Shown here: in pieces, positions 23,907-36,588 of the stretch | How positions within the stretch are numbered: position 1 is the stretch's first letter | Layout of the letters: the number at the start of each line of letters is the position of its first letter | Notes under the pieces: generated by a model | Databases searched by the model: none | Told to the model about the DNA's origin: nothing | Seen by the model: only the letters and a program-made list of their open reading frames with translations | Assembly (NCBI RefSeq): GCF_001194135.2 | Contig: NC_068989.1 | Span: 29,954,079-30,000,057 of the forward strand | Reading direction: 5' to 3' | Length of the DNA: 45,979 nucleotides | DNA from: Octopus bimaculoides | Lineage: Eukaryota | Program-made: the position numbers and the translations under genes

Positions 23907-23984
<78 letters not shown>
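23907..23984. repeat. (CA)n microsatellite; other CA/TA-rich tracts at 1590-1690, 1830-2055, 2265-2800, 20420-20895, 22250-22600 and 31350-31425
   Basis: Directly visible. Confidence 0.95.
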
Positions 23985-23987
<3 letters not shown>

Positions 23988-26900
23988 TATACATACTACA
24001 ACAGACCTTAATTGTGGGAGCAAAAACCAAACTCTGAGGAAAATGGTGCTAGTGTTTGTTGATGACAAGTATTTATTGAAGTCACTTGACTTCAATAAAT
24101 ATTATTGCTGTAAGGAGCATAATGTTTGCAACCTTGCTCTTCATCTGAGTGTGAGGAAGTGAGAGAAAGTGGTAGTGGTGACAAGTCAACATTTTTACTT
24201 GCCCTGAAATCCTAGGAACAACACTTTTCTTTCCTTTCCTCATTCAGACAAAGAGCAATGCTCAGACTACACTGTGTAACAAAATTTTAATTTTTCTTTT
24301 TTGTCTTTGCTCAGTAAGTGTTATTTCCTATTATTCCCTTCAAACTTTGCTTTTGCAACCTGGACATCAATGTTTTGAAACTGACCTAATTTTCATTACA
24401 TTTCAGACAAATTTAGCATTGAGTTGTTGAAGTAGAAATATCATTATAGCAAATATCCTTCTCAGTACCACAGATTTCATTGTCAGTTGCTTGACCTTAA
24501 CCACTTGAGTATGTCCCTTAGTGGCTGACAATATGTACATCTCTGATGATGAGCAGGAGTAGTAGGGAACATCATAGCCATGTGTTGAAAGGGATTCTTT
24601 GGGGCTTGAAGGAAATATTAGCCATTTTTCTAGGGGTAAGCAAATAGGAAATATCAGTTGTTACGCAAGGACAAAAATCATGTTACACAGTGTTATTAGA
24701 CTATATACTCCATTCCTCATGACATTTGACCATATCATACTCTTCTAAATTGTTGTTAGTTGCTGGAATAAATAGAAATACAAGGGTAGATTGTTGTAGG
24801 CAGTTCTTTATTGCAATCAATTCTGAATTCACTTTGTTTTCATGATTACTTTTTGAAGTAGAAAATAAGGAGCTTAGTCCCTGAGTTTGTGTTGCACTCC
24901 CTAGGAACAAATACCTGCTAGCTAAACAGTGCCACTTAGAGGCACCTGTACCACTTTAGTTAGCAATACAATTATTACAGGGAATATCACTTAATTAAAT
25001 TCTAATTATCTTCATGTATTCCTTTCTAAAGTTGTCAGTCATAAAAATTCAAAGTTTTATTCTTCATTTTAAATTAAATTTAATGCTATTAATTTAAATA
25101 AATTAAATTACAAAATTTAATTAGATTAATTTTTTAAAACACGTTATGCTTAGTTTTTAAAACACATTATGCTTAGTAATAACTAAGTATAACATGCTTA
25201 GTTATTAATTTAAATAAATTAAATTACAAAATTTAATTTATTTGAAACACGTTATGCTTAGTTAGATTTTTCTGAGTGATAAATGAGCACCTTGTGTGAA
25301 TCTACATGAATACCTCAACATATTCACCTAGATCTGCTTGAATATGAGATTTTAAACAATTATAACATTAAAATTTCATATAAAAATGCCAGTGGAATTT
25401 AAAAATAAAAATAGAGAAATTTTCACAAGCTGTTAATTGTGTAATTACCATATAATAATTGGTAGTGAAAAAAAAAAAAAGATGAAAACTTGTTTTAGCT
25501 AGGTAAAATGACACACTTTGGTTAAACTTGTAACTTTTGTATATATGCTGGATCCAAATGATATGTTTAATAAAGACAATATTATTATAACAGCTTCCCA
25601 GATTTGCTTTCAGTTGGTTTTGTAGGACTTTTAGAAAGTTACATACAAGAAAAACAAGTAGATGTAGATTACTTAAACAGATGTGGATGAAGACAATTTA
25701 ATTTCCATTTTTGCATAGGTATTCATAGAAAATTGTTAATAATTTGTTTTTAAAAAGGTTATTCATGAAAGTTAAACTGAGTGAATTTTAGTACAATTAG
25801 TTCAAGAGAAAAAATAACAAAGGTACTTAGAAGCATCTCATCCTGGTCACACACACATTGCTTCTAGTGACATTATATTCAGCAACATAGTATTTGAACT
25901 GAAACATTATCATTGTGAAAACTTTATTACAAGCAAGAAATATTATATAAATTCACTGTATTCATGAATTCCATAAGACACAATTTACCAAACAAAGGTT
26001 TAAGTGTTTGTTATTTTTCTTGTGGAAGAAATGCACTTGCTACTTTGTTTATTAGATAAGGTTGTTTGGCATGCAGAAATTTTCAAAAAATGATTTTTCT
26101 TTTTTTGTTTGAGAAAGATTTAAAAATATATTGAATAATTTAGTTAGAAAACTGAATCTTTGAAAAAGTCATTAAAGATCATTATTTTTTTAAGTAAAAA
26201 AAAAAAAGAAAATTAAAAATACTTGAACAGATCAAAATCTTTCTCTCTATCTCAAATTAATAAGTTAGTACAGTTATAAACATTTCACTCTTCTTTTAAA
26301 TTGTAATCAAGTTACTTAATAGCTGGGGTAACAGATTGCCAAGGACATTGCACAATTTCTTTAATAAGTTGCAAAGGAGTAATAAGCTTTTAAGAAAATC
26401 CATTTCAACTTGAAAGACAAAGGCCCACAGTGAAAAAACAAAAACAAACAAAACAAAACAAAAAAAACATTAAATGTGTGTACTGCATAGTACTTAGATT
26501 TAAAGTGAATAAAAAATAGTAATAAAAATATATTTCAAAATTAAATTAGGTTCCTAAACGACCACATTCTTTAATTTATGTTGAAGTGAGTTCAATAGCT
26601 GAAAAGGGCTATTTCTATTATTAGTATTATCATACTGTTGAGCAGTGGATTGCTAGACTGACTTATGTCATGTTTCTAGCAAATAAACTCTTAATTTCTT
26701 CTAAACCTTCCACACTGTAATTGGCACTCATAGGGTAAAATGGAATTTTTTTCACCAGATATTGACATTGTAAGTGAAGGATATTAAATGTTTCAACAAA
26801 CATAAATGATACTTCTATTTAAAAAAAGATTATAAAAACGTGCAAAGCAAAAACAAAAACTGACATTCTCATAGCTTTCGCTTTCATTTTTCTCATTCAA

Positions 26901-26993
26901 TTTCAAACTAAAACCCAGTTTTTGTAATATGTCCATATAATATCTCCTTATCTGTTGTCCATGTGGTAGATAAAAAATATTATTAGTAGTAAT

Positions 26994-27210
26994 AAGGTGG
27001 CGAGCTGGTAAAATTGTTAGCATGCTGAGCAGAATGCTTGGAGGCATACTGAGCAGAATGCTTAGAGGCATACTGAGCAGAATGCTTAGTGACATTTTGA
27101 GTTCAAATTCTGCTGAGGTTGGCAGTAAGTACCAGTTGGACACTGGGGATCAATGTAATCAACTTAGTCCCTCAATGAAATTGCTGACCTTATATTAAAA
27201 TTTAAAACCA
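26994..27210 (+). mobile_element. tRNA-derived SINE with an internal 24-bp triplication
   Basis: aaggtggcgagctgg head, gagttcaaattc B-box-like motif, aagtaccagtt...ctgggg core and (ATT)n tail. Homologous to 27765, 27950 and 30887. Confidence 0.75.
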
Positions 27211-27232
27211 TTATTATTACTATTATTATTAT

Positions 27233-27577
27233 AGACGTTGCACAGTATACAATATTGTGAGGTTGTTGATTGAAGATATTGTGTCTACCAGGGGTTTGTA
27301 CTGTTTGTCAAGTCACAACAAGGACCTCATGCAATATGCATGCAGTTCTAAGTAATGCCGACTTTTGCAATACATCTAGATTGTAGAGTATTTCTAAGGT
27401 TTTCAGATGTTTTTTCAGATTGGGTGGTATTGAACCCAATGCTCTGCTGACAATAGGGATAACCTTTATGTTTGACTCTCGTAGCTGCCACATCTTAGCG
27501 ATCTCAATTCTCAGGTTTCCATATTTATCAACTTTTTCTCTTTCTTTCATGATGCTATGTTGATCTCCTGGCACTTT
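27233..27577 (-). mobile_element. 5'-truncated R4/Dong-like (RLE-type) non-LTR retrotransposon 3' end
   Basis: KEREKVDKYGNLRIEIAKMW...VIPIVSRALGSIP...LQKSALLRTACILHEVL is the restriction-like endonuclease C-terminus. Flanked by (TAA)n on both sides. Confidence 0.8.
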
Positions 27578-27764
<187 letters not shown>

Positions 27765-27930
27765 AAGGTGGCAAACTGGTAGAATTGTTATCACACTGGA
27801 TAAAATGCTTAGCACTCTGAGTTCAAATGCTGCTGAAGTCAAATGCTTTCAGGGTCAACAAATTAAGTACCTGATGACCACTGGGGATGATGATATAAAT
27901 TTTCTGACCTTGTGCCAAAATTTGAAAAAA
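27765..27930 (+). mobile_element. tRNA-derived SINE copy
   Basis: aaggtggcaaactggtagaattgtt...gagttcaaatgctgctgaagtc...aagtacctg...ctgggg. Confidence 0.7.
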
Positions 27931-27949
27931 TATTAGTATTATTATTGAT

Positions 27950-28152
27950 AAGGCAGTGAGCTGACAGACTCATTAGTGCACCAGCAAAAAGTTTAGTGGC
28001 ATTTTGTTCATCTGAGCTCAAATTCTGCTGAAGTCAACTTTGTCTTTCATCCTTTCGGAGTCAATAAAATAAGTACCTGTTTCACATTGGGAGTGATGTA
28101 ATTGACTTACTCCCACCCTTAAAATTGCTGGCCTTGTGCTAAAATTTGAAGC

Positions 28153-28153
<1 letters not shown>
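27950..28153 (+). mobile_element. tRNA-derived SINE copy
   Basis: aggcagtgagctgacagact...gagctcaaattctgctgaagtcaactttgtctttcatcc...aagtacc, with an (ATT)n tail. Confidence 0.75.
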
Positions 28154-28233
<80 letters not shown>

Positions 28234-28980
28234 GTAGTCATGAAATAGAATTCTATCAATCTTGTGTACTTCTGAATGAAAGAAAATTGGAAGCGATGAA
28301 CTGAATTTGTTTCCTTGATAACATGAAACAATTTGTTAGCCTTTGAATGCTCATTGATTTGTTACTGAGGTACATTTATTGATGAGGAGAAAGAGGAGTT
28401 TTACAGGAAAAATGTATTGAAGACCAAAATAGATTAATAATGCAAATGGAGGAAATTAGCTTTAACAGAGAGTTAGAACCGACTTATGAACTTGGCTTGG
28501 TGTGAGTTTAATTTCCTTCACTACAGTTTAATTAGCTAAAAATTAGTAACTCATACTAACTTAATATTCACATTTTGTGAATAAAGTGAAATATGTCAGT
28601 TTGTTGTGATAAAGAAGAAAAATCTGTCAAACTTCTTTCCTCCCACATAAAGAAGAGTATCATTCTATTTTGCAAACATTTTCAATTTGCGAGTCACTGA
28701 CCATTTCCTAATATTCCACTATTTTGTAGATAATAAACTACATTGGTAACATTCTTAGTCCATCTTTTAAAGTAAGCTTATTTCTTACACAATGAATAAA
28801 AAAATAAACATTAGAAAAGGTGTTGTTTCTTTTATGACACTTCTATCTCGACGGGCATTTACTACAATATATATATATATATGCATGTTCAGCAAGCTCC
28901 TTTATAGAAATTTAAGTTTTTACCTCTCTCAATTTTAAGTTTTTGGCCTATTTTCATTTTTGACTATTGATTCTATGTAT

Positions 28981-29358
28981 TACTTTAGCTCTAAACCATT
29001 TTTTATGAGAGAAAGTATACCTAGTTGTTATATTGGTTCTGGTCTTATCAATCACAGAAGGGCAATAGGCAAAGTTGATCATAGTGGAATATGAAATTAA
29101 AATGTAGTAAAACAAAACTAAGCATTGCAAAGTATTTCATTTCTCACTACTGTTTATGTTGGTTTACTATCTATTCTTTTTAAAAATATCATGGCTAAGA
29201 TTGTTAGTCTAAATTTGTTTGTTATAAATCTTTTTCAGTAGATACAGTAGATGCTTTTGAAGCCCAGTATCATTGACCTTCAACAGACTGAAGATCAAGA
29301 AAGAGTAATTAAAACATTATTGTATGGTAGCACTCTTTCAATTTCAATCCTAGGCATC
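28981..29358 (+). repeat. Local direct duplication, copy 1 (about 378 bp)
   Basis: Aligns with 30215-30592, roughly 85-90% identical by eye. Confidence 0.9.
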
Positions 29359-30214
29359 ATACAACTTAAATTCTGTTGAAGTGTAGGTGTTTCAACACAT
29401 TTTTATTGACTTTTAGCTGTTTAACAACCCTCAACAATATTATACTCAGTTCTGTGTATATCGTGCAACACCCTATTGTATGTCAAGTTCATTAAAAATA
29501 TGTTTCTGATAGTTTAAAGTTCACTGTTTTGCCTTTCAATTTCCTTGCAGAATTTTGTTTAAAATATTAAAATATAGTTAAAATATTTTGTTATTGTTAT
29601 TATAATCAAATATCAATATTATTATGAATAAATAGTAAAAATATATTTCATTGACACCTTCCCATTTTCACTTCACTATAGGCTTTATAACTATGGCAGA
29701 AGATGATATTTCCCAACAGTGTCTAATATAGTGTGAAGGAAAAATGACATATTTCTTTGTCAAAGGTATTTGTAATATCAGTAAATTAGAATGATCATAT
29801 CTGAAGACTCAGTATCTGCTCTCAAGGGGTTCATTTTTATTTTTATGGTGGTAGCCAGATTTTTATTATTGATTTAAATAAACCTTCATATTTAGAAACT
29901 GGGAGGGAAATGTAAATAAACTGAAGCAGCAAGTAGTAATTGAAACCCTGCTTACTTCAACCTGGTGCCAAAGACTTGCTCTTAATTCATTGCCCTCTTA
30001 TGTATTTCATATTTACAAATAGGTTGAAAAGTGGAATACATTATTTTGTTGTGTGGAAGAGAAGTCAAATGTTTCCCTCTCTGATGAATGGCCTTGTACG
30101 AAATGTTAGACTCCTCTTTTTCTAACAGGCAAAATAATTTTTGTATATGTCAGCACAGACCATCTCTAATTTCTTTAGATTCTACTGTATTACTTTAATA
30201 TATATTTAGTTTCT

Positions 30215-30592
30215 TACTTTAGCTCTAAACCATTTTTTTATGAGAGAAAGTATACCTAGTTGTTATATTGGTTCTGGTTTTATCAATCACAGAAGTAACA
30301 GGCAAAGTTGATCATAGTGAAATATGAAATTAAAATGTTGTAGGATGAAACTAAGCACTGCAAAGTATTTCATCACTCACTACTGTTTTTGTTGGTTTAC
30401 TATCTGTTCCTTTTTTTTAATATTAAGACTAAGAATTTTAGTCTAAATTTGTTTGTTATAAATCTTTTTCAGTAGATACAGCAGATGCTTTTGAAACCCA
30501 GTATAATTGACCGTCAACAGACTGAAGATCAAAAAAGAGTAATTAAAACATTATTGTATGGTAGCACCCTTTCAATTTCAATCCTGGGTATC
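30215..30592 (+). repeat. Local direct duplication, copy 2
   Basis: Aligns with 28981-29358. Confidence 0.9.
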
Positions 30593-30886
30593 TTGCAAAT
30601 AATTTAGAGATTGCCTTTTCTAGACTATCTTTTATTATGTTTAAACCTAATTTAAGTTTTTTCTTAAGTTCCTTCAGAAGTAAATAGAATGAAGAATTTA
30701 GGACCTCTCCCAAACATATTCTATATACATACATTTATACAAGGGTTTTTACAAGTAACTTGTCTGGATTAGATAGTCAAGAATGCTATCTTGCATGTTT
30801 TTATAGAATAAATTTTAAAATAAAATAAAACTGAAAAACAACTATGTAGAACTTATGTTTTCTAATTCATCAGCATTTTAATTAAT

Positions 30887-31075
30887 AAGGTGGTGAACTG
30901 GCAGAGTTGTTAGCATTTCATCCAGCTTTAAGTTCTGTATTCAAATGCTGCTGAGGCTGATTTGCCTTTCGTCCTTTTGGAATTGATAAAATAATTACCA
31001 GTTGATCACTGGTGTTAATGTAATTGACTTTCTCCTTCCCTCAAAATTACTGCCCTTCTACCAAAAATTAGAAAA
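30887..31075 (+). mobile_element. tRNA-derived SINE copy
   Basis: aaggtggtgaactggcagagttgttagc...ttcaaatgctgctgaggctgatttgcctttcgtcc...ccagttgatcactgg. Confidence 0.7.
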
Positions 31076-31376
31076 AAAAATCATTATTATTTATAAAATG
31101 TATAAAACTTATTTTCATTAAAAAATGAATAAAATTTAGTTTTGAATATTGAATTAATTTTAAATGTATATGATATATCTATATACTGTCAACAGAATCC
31201 CTATCACTACTGAATCATTTTTTATGTGCTTTGGTAGTAATAAGTAATAGAATAAATACAGATGGAAATAGAGTTGTTCTTTAAATGTTATCTGGCATGA
31301 CCACTGAGTTTTATCAAATGATTTTCTATCTGTACTCTATCTATCTTGCACACACACATGCACGCACGCACGCATG

Positions 31377-31427
<51 letters not shown>

Positions 31428-32296
31428 ATTTTAATATTAATAACTTTTGATAAGTATACTCTCAAATTTACTGATAAACTAATTCAAGCTAATTAATCCA
31501 GCAGTTGAACATTATATTAACATATATTCTTAAATACTAATATTAATTTTGCTAAGACATAATAAAAGAAACTCTTCATTGTTATTTCAGAATTGACTGT
31601 AAAACTTTCATTCATTTTAGCAATTAAGTATTTAACATTAGATTAAAATTAAAGATTAAGATATAATTTTATCATTTTATTTTGGTTCTGTATTACAATA
31701 AATAAATCACTTTGTTTTTGTGGAATTATGTTGAAAAGTTATTTATATAAGTTGGAATTTGAAAGATATTGAACAAGTCAAGGAAATCTGTGAAGGAAGG
31801 AATTAGCATTAGATGCTGAACAAGATATTGGAATTGAAAACCTTCATTTGGTGGGAGGGAGTGCAACATTAGACATGAGATATAATTAGAAAAAAACAGT
31901 TGAAAAAAAATTCAAGATGGAAACAGTTTTGAATTCAATAAATGAGGAAAGAGTTTTATACTCATATGTACAAATCTAATAAAAAATAGAAAAACCTTCA
32001 TTAAATTTCCAAGTAGAATGATACCCTTAGTTTACTTATAAAACAGGAAAATAATCAACATTAGGAGGTGTAGAAGGAAATATCTTTTCACAACATTCAT
32101 TAGGTTATAAAATGTTATACTTTAAAAAATGTTAATATATCATTATGAAAAAAAATAAAATAAAAAAAGAAAGAAAAACCGAAAATTCCAAAAACATCAC
32201 AGTTTTCTGTTTTCAACAATTTAGACTTATTTTGTTATTTCTTTTTGAAGATAAGTTTGCAGTAAGCTAGTCCTGACCATTTACTGTAATGGATTC

Positions 32297-33586
32297 TTAG
32301 TCTATTGCAGTTTCTTGTAAATCTCTCTTAGTATTCATTGATAAACCTTTGACGCCATTGAATACAGGTTGTTCCCAACAAGCAGGTCTGCTTAATGATG
32401 GTGAATGTGTTGAGGCTGGCAAGTGACTCAACTGACTACTTTTTCGTTGGGGAGGGCTGGGTTTATTTTTTTTATTGAAACCATTACCATTCTGTTGTGT
32501 GTGTAGAGATACTCTGACAACACTATGCTGTGAGTCACTGGAAGCTGAGCTTCCTGAGCTACAAGCACTTTCTCTTGATGGAGAATTGTCTCTAGCATTA
32601 TTTTTGGGATGTTTGTTGTCGTGTTGAAGAGATGTATTTATAGAAAAAGAAGAGCTCATTGAAGGATTACAATGCTGGGTAAGAGTGTAGTGTACTACTT
32701 GAGGGGTGCTACTAGTAGGAGCTGGTTTCACTTCATATGAATTTTTGCTGCTTTTACGAGGGGGTGGTGGTGGTGGTGGGCTTTTCTTTGAACAAATTGC
32801 AGTTTTCGTTTCACAGTATTTCAAATCACTTTTATTATTGGAGGGTGGGGTTGGTAAAGATTTGGAGCTATTACTGAAATATGGTAAACTAATAACTGAA
32901 TTTGAAGATGAGCCAGAACAAACTGCAACATTGGTGCCATCAAAATTATATGATGAAGGTCTTACTTTCCACAAGTGGGAAGGTTTCTTTGAAATTGGTG
33001 GAGGATCTTTAGGCCATAACTCAGCAACTGCTGTTGCTGTTGGTGTGATTGGTTTGGGGCTATTTTTGGCAGTGGACTGAATGCAATTAGCAATGGTGAA
33101 TGTTGGTTTTGGAGACGTGAAATGGACTGTGTAATCCATTTTTGTTGTAGGACTAGAAGAATTATTTTTATTCAGAGTTATTGAGTTTTCAGAAGTTAGC
33201 ATTGAACTAAAGAAATCAGCACGAGCTGAATGTATTTTGTTGATTAAATCTGCTGAAGATTCCTTTGAATTTTCTGTTGATTTTCCTGAAAACAATTCTT
33301 TGTTTGGGGAAGTAGACTCGGATATTATTGCCATCTTGCTAGTTTTCTCTGGAGCTGACACTGGTTTCATATAAGACACCTCTGTAGTTGGATTAATAGA
33401 TACACAGTCGGTGAAATCAGATTTAACAGAATTGATTTGGAGTTGGTTGGAGGATGTCTGTGACGAAGAACGAAAATTGTTCCCAATTTTGGAAGGAGTC
33501 GTTTGGTTTTCTTGTGTTTCACTGCCTACATTTTGTTTTGGTGTAGTGCTTGGTAAATATGTACATTCCCCAGATCTAGGAGTAAT
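32297..33586 (-). CDS. Terminal coding exon of the same minus-strand gene (Ser/Pro-rich disordered C-terminus)
   Basis: Acceptor tttcttttcaag|ATT is phase 0, in frame with the 360-aa ORF and compatible with the 34917 donor. 1290 nt open, with PPPPPPPRKSS and PSPPQRKSS motifs, ending DLQETAID*. Confidence 0.82.
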   Translation of the reverse strand: MTPRSGECTYLPSTTPKQNVGSETQENQTTPSKIGNNFRSSSQTSSNQLQINSVKSDFTDCVSINPTTEVSYMKPVSAPEKTSKMAIISESTSPNKELFSGKSTENSKESSADLINKIHSARADFFSSMLTSENSITLNKNNSSSPTTKMDYTVHFTSPKPTFTIANCIQSTAKNSPKPITPTATAVAELWPKDPPPISKKPSHLWKVRPSSYNFDGTNVAVCSGSSSNSVISLPYFSNSSKSLPTPPSNNKSDLKYCETKTAICSKKSPPPPPPPRKSSKNSYEVKPAPTSSTPQVVHYTLTQHCNPSMSSSFSINTSLQHDNKHPKNNARDNSPSRESACSSGSSASSDSQHSVVRVSLHTQQNGNGFNKKNKPSPPQRKSSQLSHLPASTHSPSLSRPACWEQPVFNGVKGLSMNTKRDLQETAID

Positions 33587-34916
33587 CTTGAAAAGAAATT
33601 AATAAGTAATATTTCAATATGTTTATATTTAATGAATTTCAAGTTTACAAATTGATCTATGCTACACATGCTCTTGAGAAAAGCATTGAATATCATGCAA
33701 TCTATAATTTATTCAACCTTAGTAAAGGATCACTATTATGAAAATAAAGAAAATAGAAATCAAATCTGTCATATATGTATCATAAATAAATATCTTGAAA
33801 AATCTAGACATAAGAAAATAAAAGATGGAATCTGAGCTCAAGTAATAAATTCTTCAATCTCAGTTTTGCAACATTATGTTATGTCACTCTTGCTTCATGG
33901 TCAAGTCATGTTATTGTTTAGTCATAGGTCAGCTCTGAATAAACATATATGATTAAAGAATTCCAGTCCTATCTTATTTTCAGAAGATATATCCAATGTG
34001 TCCTTCATTATCCAAGTGCCCTTCATTTGTTTTTTAAGATGGTAAGGTGTGATTTGAGGGGAATTTGGATGTTATTAATATCACTAGTCAGGTCATGTTG
34101 TTGTTGAGTATTTCCTGTCAGTTGTACTTTGGAAGAATGATAGCATGGGACTAGCTATCAAGCACTCAGCAAATTGAATATATATAAATCACAATTGATA
34201 TTGCTCTCCTCTTCATATTGATTAATAAAAAAGATCTTATTTATCAAAAGCTGTGAAAAAATTCCTAAACAATTCTGTGTTTTATGATAACATATAAACA
34301 TGCCTAAAACATTTAGTTTTTCTGTAAAATAATGATATTGGGGTTATCCAAATAATTTTGGCAAGTTGAAAAGTAACAACCCTGCTACCCATTTTGAAAT
34401 GATTTAGCATTATCACAAGTCAAATATTAGTGAACTTATAACATATCAAAGCTATCTCTCACATATTTAACTTTTTATGTTATTTACTAGCCAACTGAAA
34501 TGAGATTAACTTACGCAAATGTATTTTTGTAATAGTGCAGAAAAAATACTTATTATAAAGTGGATAATTGTAGAGTATGTTTGGACAACTATAGACGGTG
34601 TTTGGAGCAGGACAACCTAACAGAGAGTGATAAATGGTATAATAGAGTGAACCTGAGTATCTTATAAAACAGAAGTCATGCTTGGATGAAGTTATATGTA
34701 CATATAGTGTAGATAATTAGGAATATACAGAAATAGTGCACATGTTCTTATATCAATGGTATACATTGAGTATTGAAGCAGTGTGCTAAACATTACTAGA
34801 AGGTAAACTGCATTGCTATTTTATGCCATGTCTAAATGGCAGATATGATATTTATGGACACTCTAGAATGTGTATAAGTGGGATATACTAAATATATATC
34901 ATATAATGTAACTCAC

Positions 34917-35208
34917 CTGATCATCATTGCAAGTCAAACTGTACACACTATTGCCACTACTACCGCTAGAAGTATCAGCACTGTTATGAGATGTACTGTG
35001 GGATAGTTTCTGTTCATTCTCATGTTGTTGTTGGCCAGAACTAACTTTTGGATAATTTAAAATTATTTGTATAGTTCCTGGCTTATCATTGTTGACCACC
35101 TTCATTGGGTTTTGAGGCAATAGCGATGGACTCAAAGCTGTTATTGGGGCCTTCTGACTCAGAGGTGTTGGACTCAAGCATCTGTTGTGTTGTTGGACTG
35201 AGGCTAAC
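34917..35208 (-). CDS. Coding exon of a minus-strand gene, tentatively SRCIN1/KIAA1217 (sickle tail)/CG32809-like adaptor
   Basis: Long T tract plus ttccag| acceptor (phase 2) and CAG|gtgagt donor (phase 0). Open frame (R)LASVQQHNRCLSPTPLS...TCNDDQ. The start resembles the recalled KRLASVQ motif of that family. The exon structure is direct evidence; the family call is from memory. Confidence 0.75.
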
Positions 35209-36588
35209 CTGGAATCATAAAAAAAAAAAAAATGCACAAATTTTTGCAAAATATTAAGAATCTTAACTTGTGAAACCATTTAACGAAATTAATTTGCATT
35301 TTTTGTATTTTTAACATCAATTTAACTGTTATTAAAAATTAGCAATTAAGAGAAAAATATTTGATTTATTATTGTAGAATTAGGGCAATGTTGCTTCATC
35401 ACAACAATTTAAGCTTGAATTCATTTCCAAATTCAAACAATTATTGTGAGTAATGCTGAGAATAAACGAGACAAGTCTGGAATCTATTATCAATAAAAGA
35501 TGTTTTGCAGTTAGTGAAAATATTTAAGTATCTCTAGACTAATATAAAGTAAAATGTATTTTTTTCAGAAGGTACCACAGTAAAGGATCTTAAAAGCCAC
35601 TACCAAACATAAATTTCTGTCTTCTTAATTAAATGAGGAACACTTCACCTGGAGAGGGTACTATTCTATTCCAAATACTTAATGGACTTAAATGTTTACT
35701 AGAGACACAAACCATCTGCCCTGTGATATGAACTCAAGGACATTAGAAAATAGTCATTTAGCCAAGTCACTCCAATAATCAAAACCCTGATTAAAATTCT
35801 GTAAATGGCTACAAAATCTATAATAAAAAGTTTTATAACTTTTTATAATAGGATTTGTACCCATTAGTTCAATGTCAGTTAATTAGATTAATTAAATATG
35901 TTACTCCAAACAGATCTTAAAACTTCTTCATATTTGAGTCATTAAAATATTTTATTAATTAGAGTACATTAATATAACAAAAATATATCATGTCAATACA
36001 TCTTAAAAATCATTACTGAATCATTTCAGTAAGTTGCTGAAATATCAAAACTACTAAAATGAAGCATTTGTGGGGTTTGAGTCAACTGACCTCAAAACGT
36101 AGCTTCATATTCCTATTGGAGCAATTTACAAAAGGTATACACATCCCAATTTCCAATTTTATAACAGGTCATTAAGCAAATATTTTGATGAATGATGATA
36201 CAGACTGAAGTACTGCAATACTAGGAGATTACTTCTACTGATCTTTAATTTAGTAAATAAATATAAATAAATCAGTTATTATAACAAAATTCTGACCTTA
36301 CTCAAAAGCAAATCTCCTTACAGAATAAAAAAATCTGTCAAAGTTAAAAGAAAGCATTCCTCATTGTTGCTCAATTTACCTACAGTTTTCCAGACTTATT
36401 TAGAATATTAAAAGCATTTTATTACAACACAATTAGCTAGGATAAAACTTAAAAATAAAGGAACATTTTAAATTAACAGTCTGTGTAAGCATGCAGAATA
36501 TGCTTGCTTCTTAAAATGATATATCATTGAATATCATACATGTATTTTTCTGCATAAATTTTATATATACATACATACGTATATATAT

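Noticed and set aside
32706-33080. 124-aa plus-strand ORF (also 33411-33602)
   Set aside because: Antisense or alternative-frame shadows of the real minus-strand exon.
36080-36125. 22-nt candidate microexon on - (caatag|GAATATGAAGCTACGTTTTGAG|gtcagt)
   Set aside because: Such short AG/GT-bounded segments arise by chance in AT-rich introns, and the phase does not fit the next exon.
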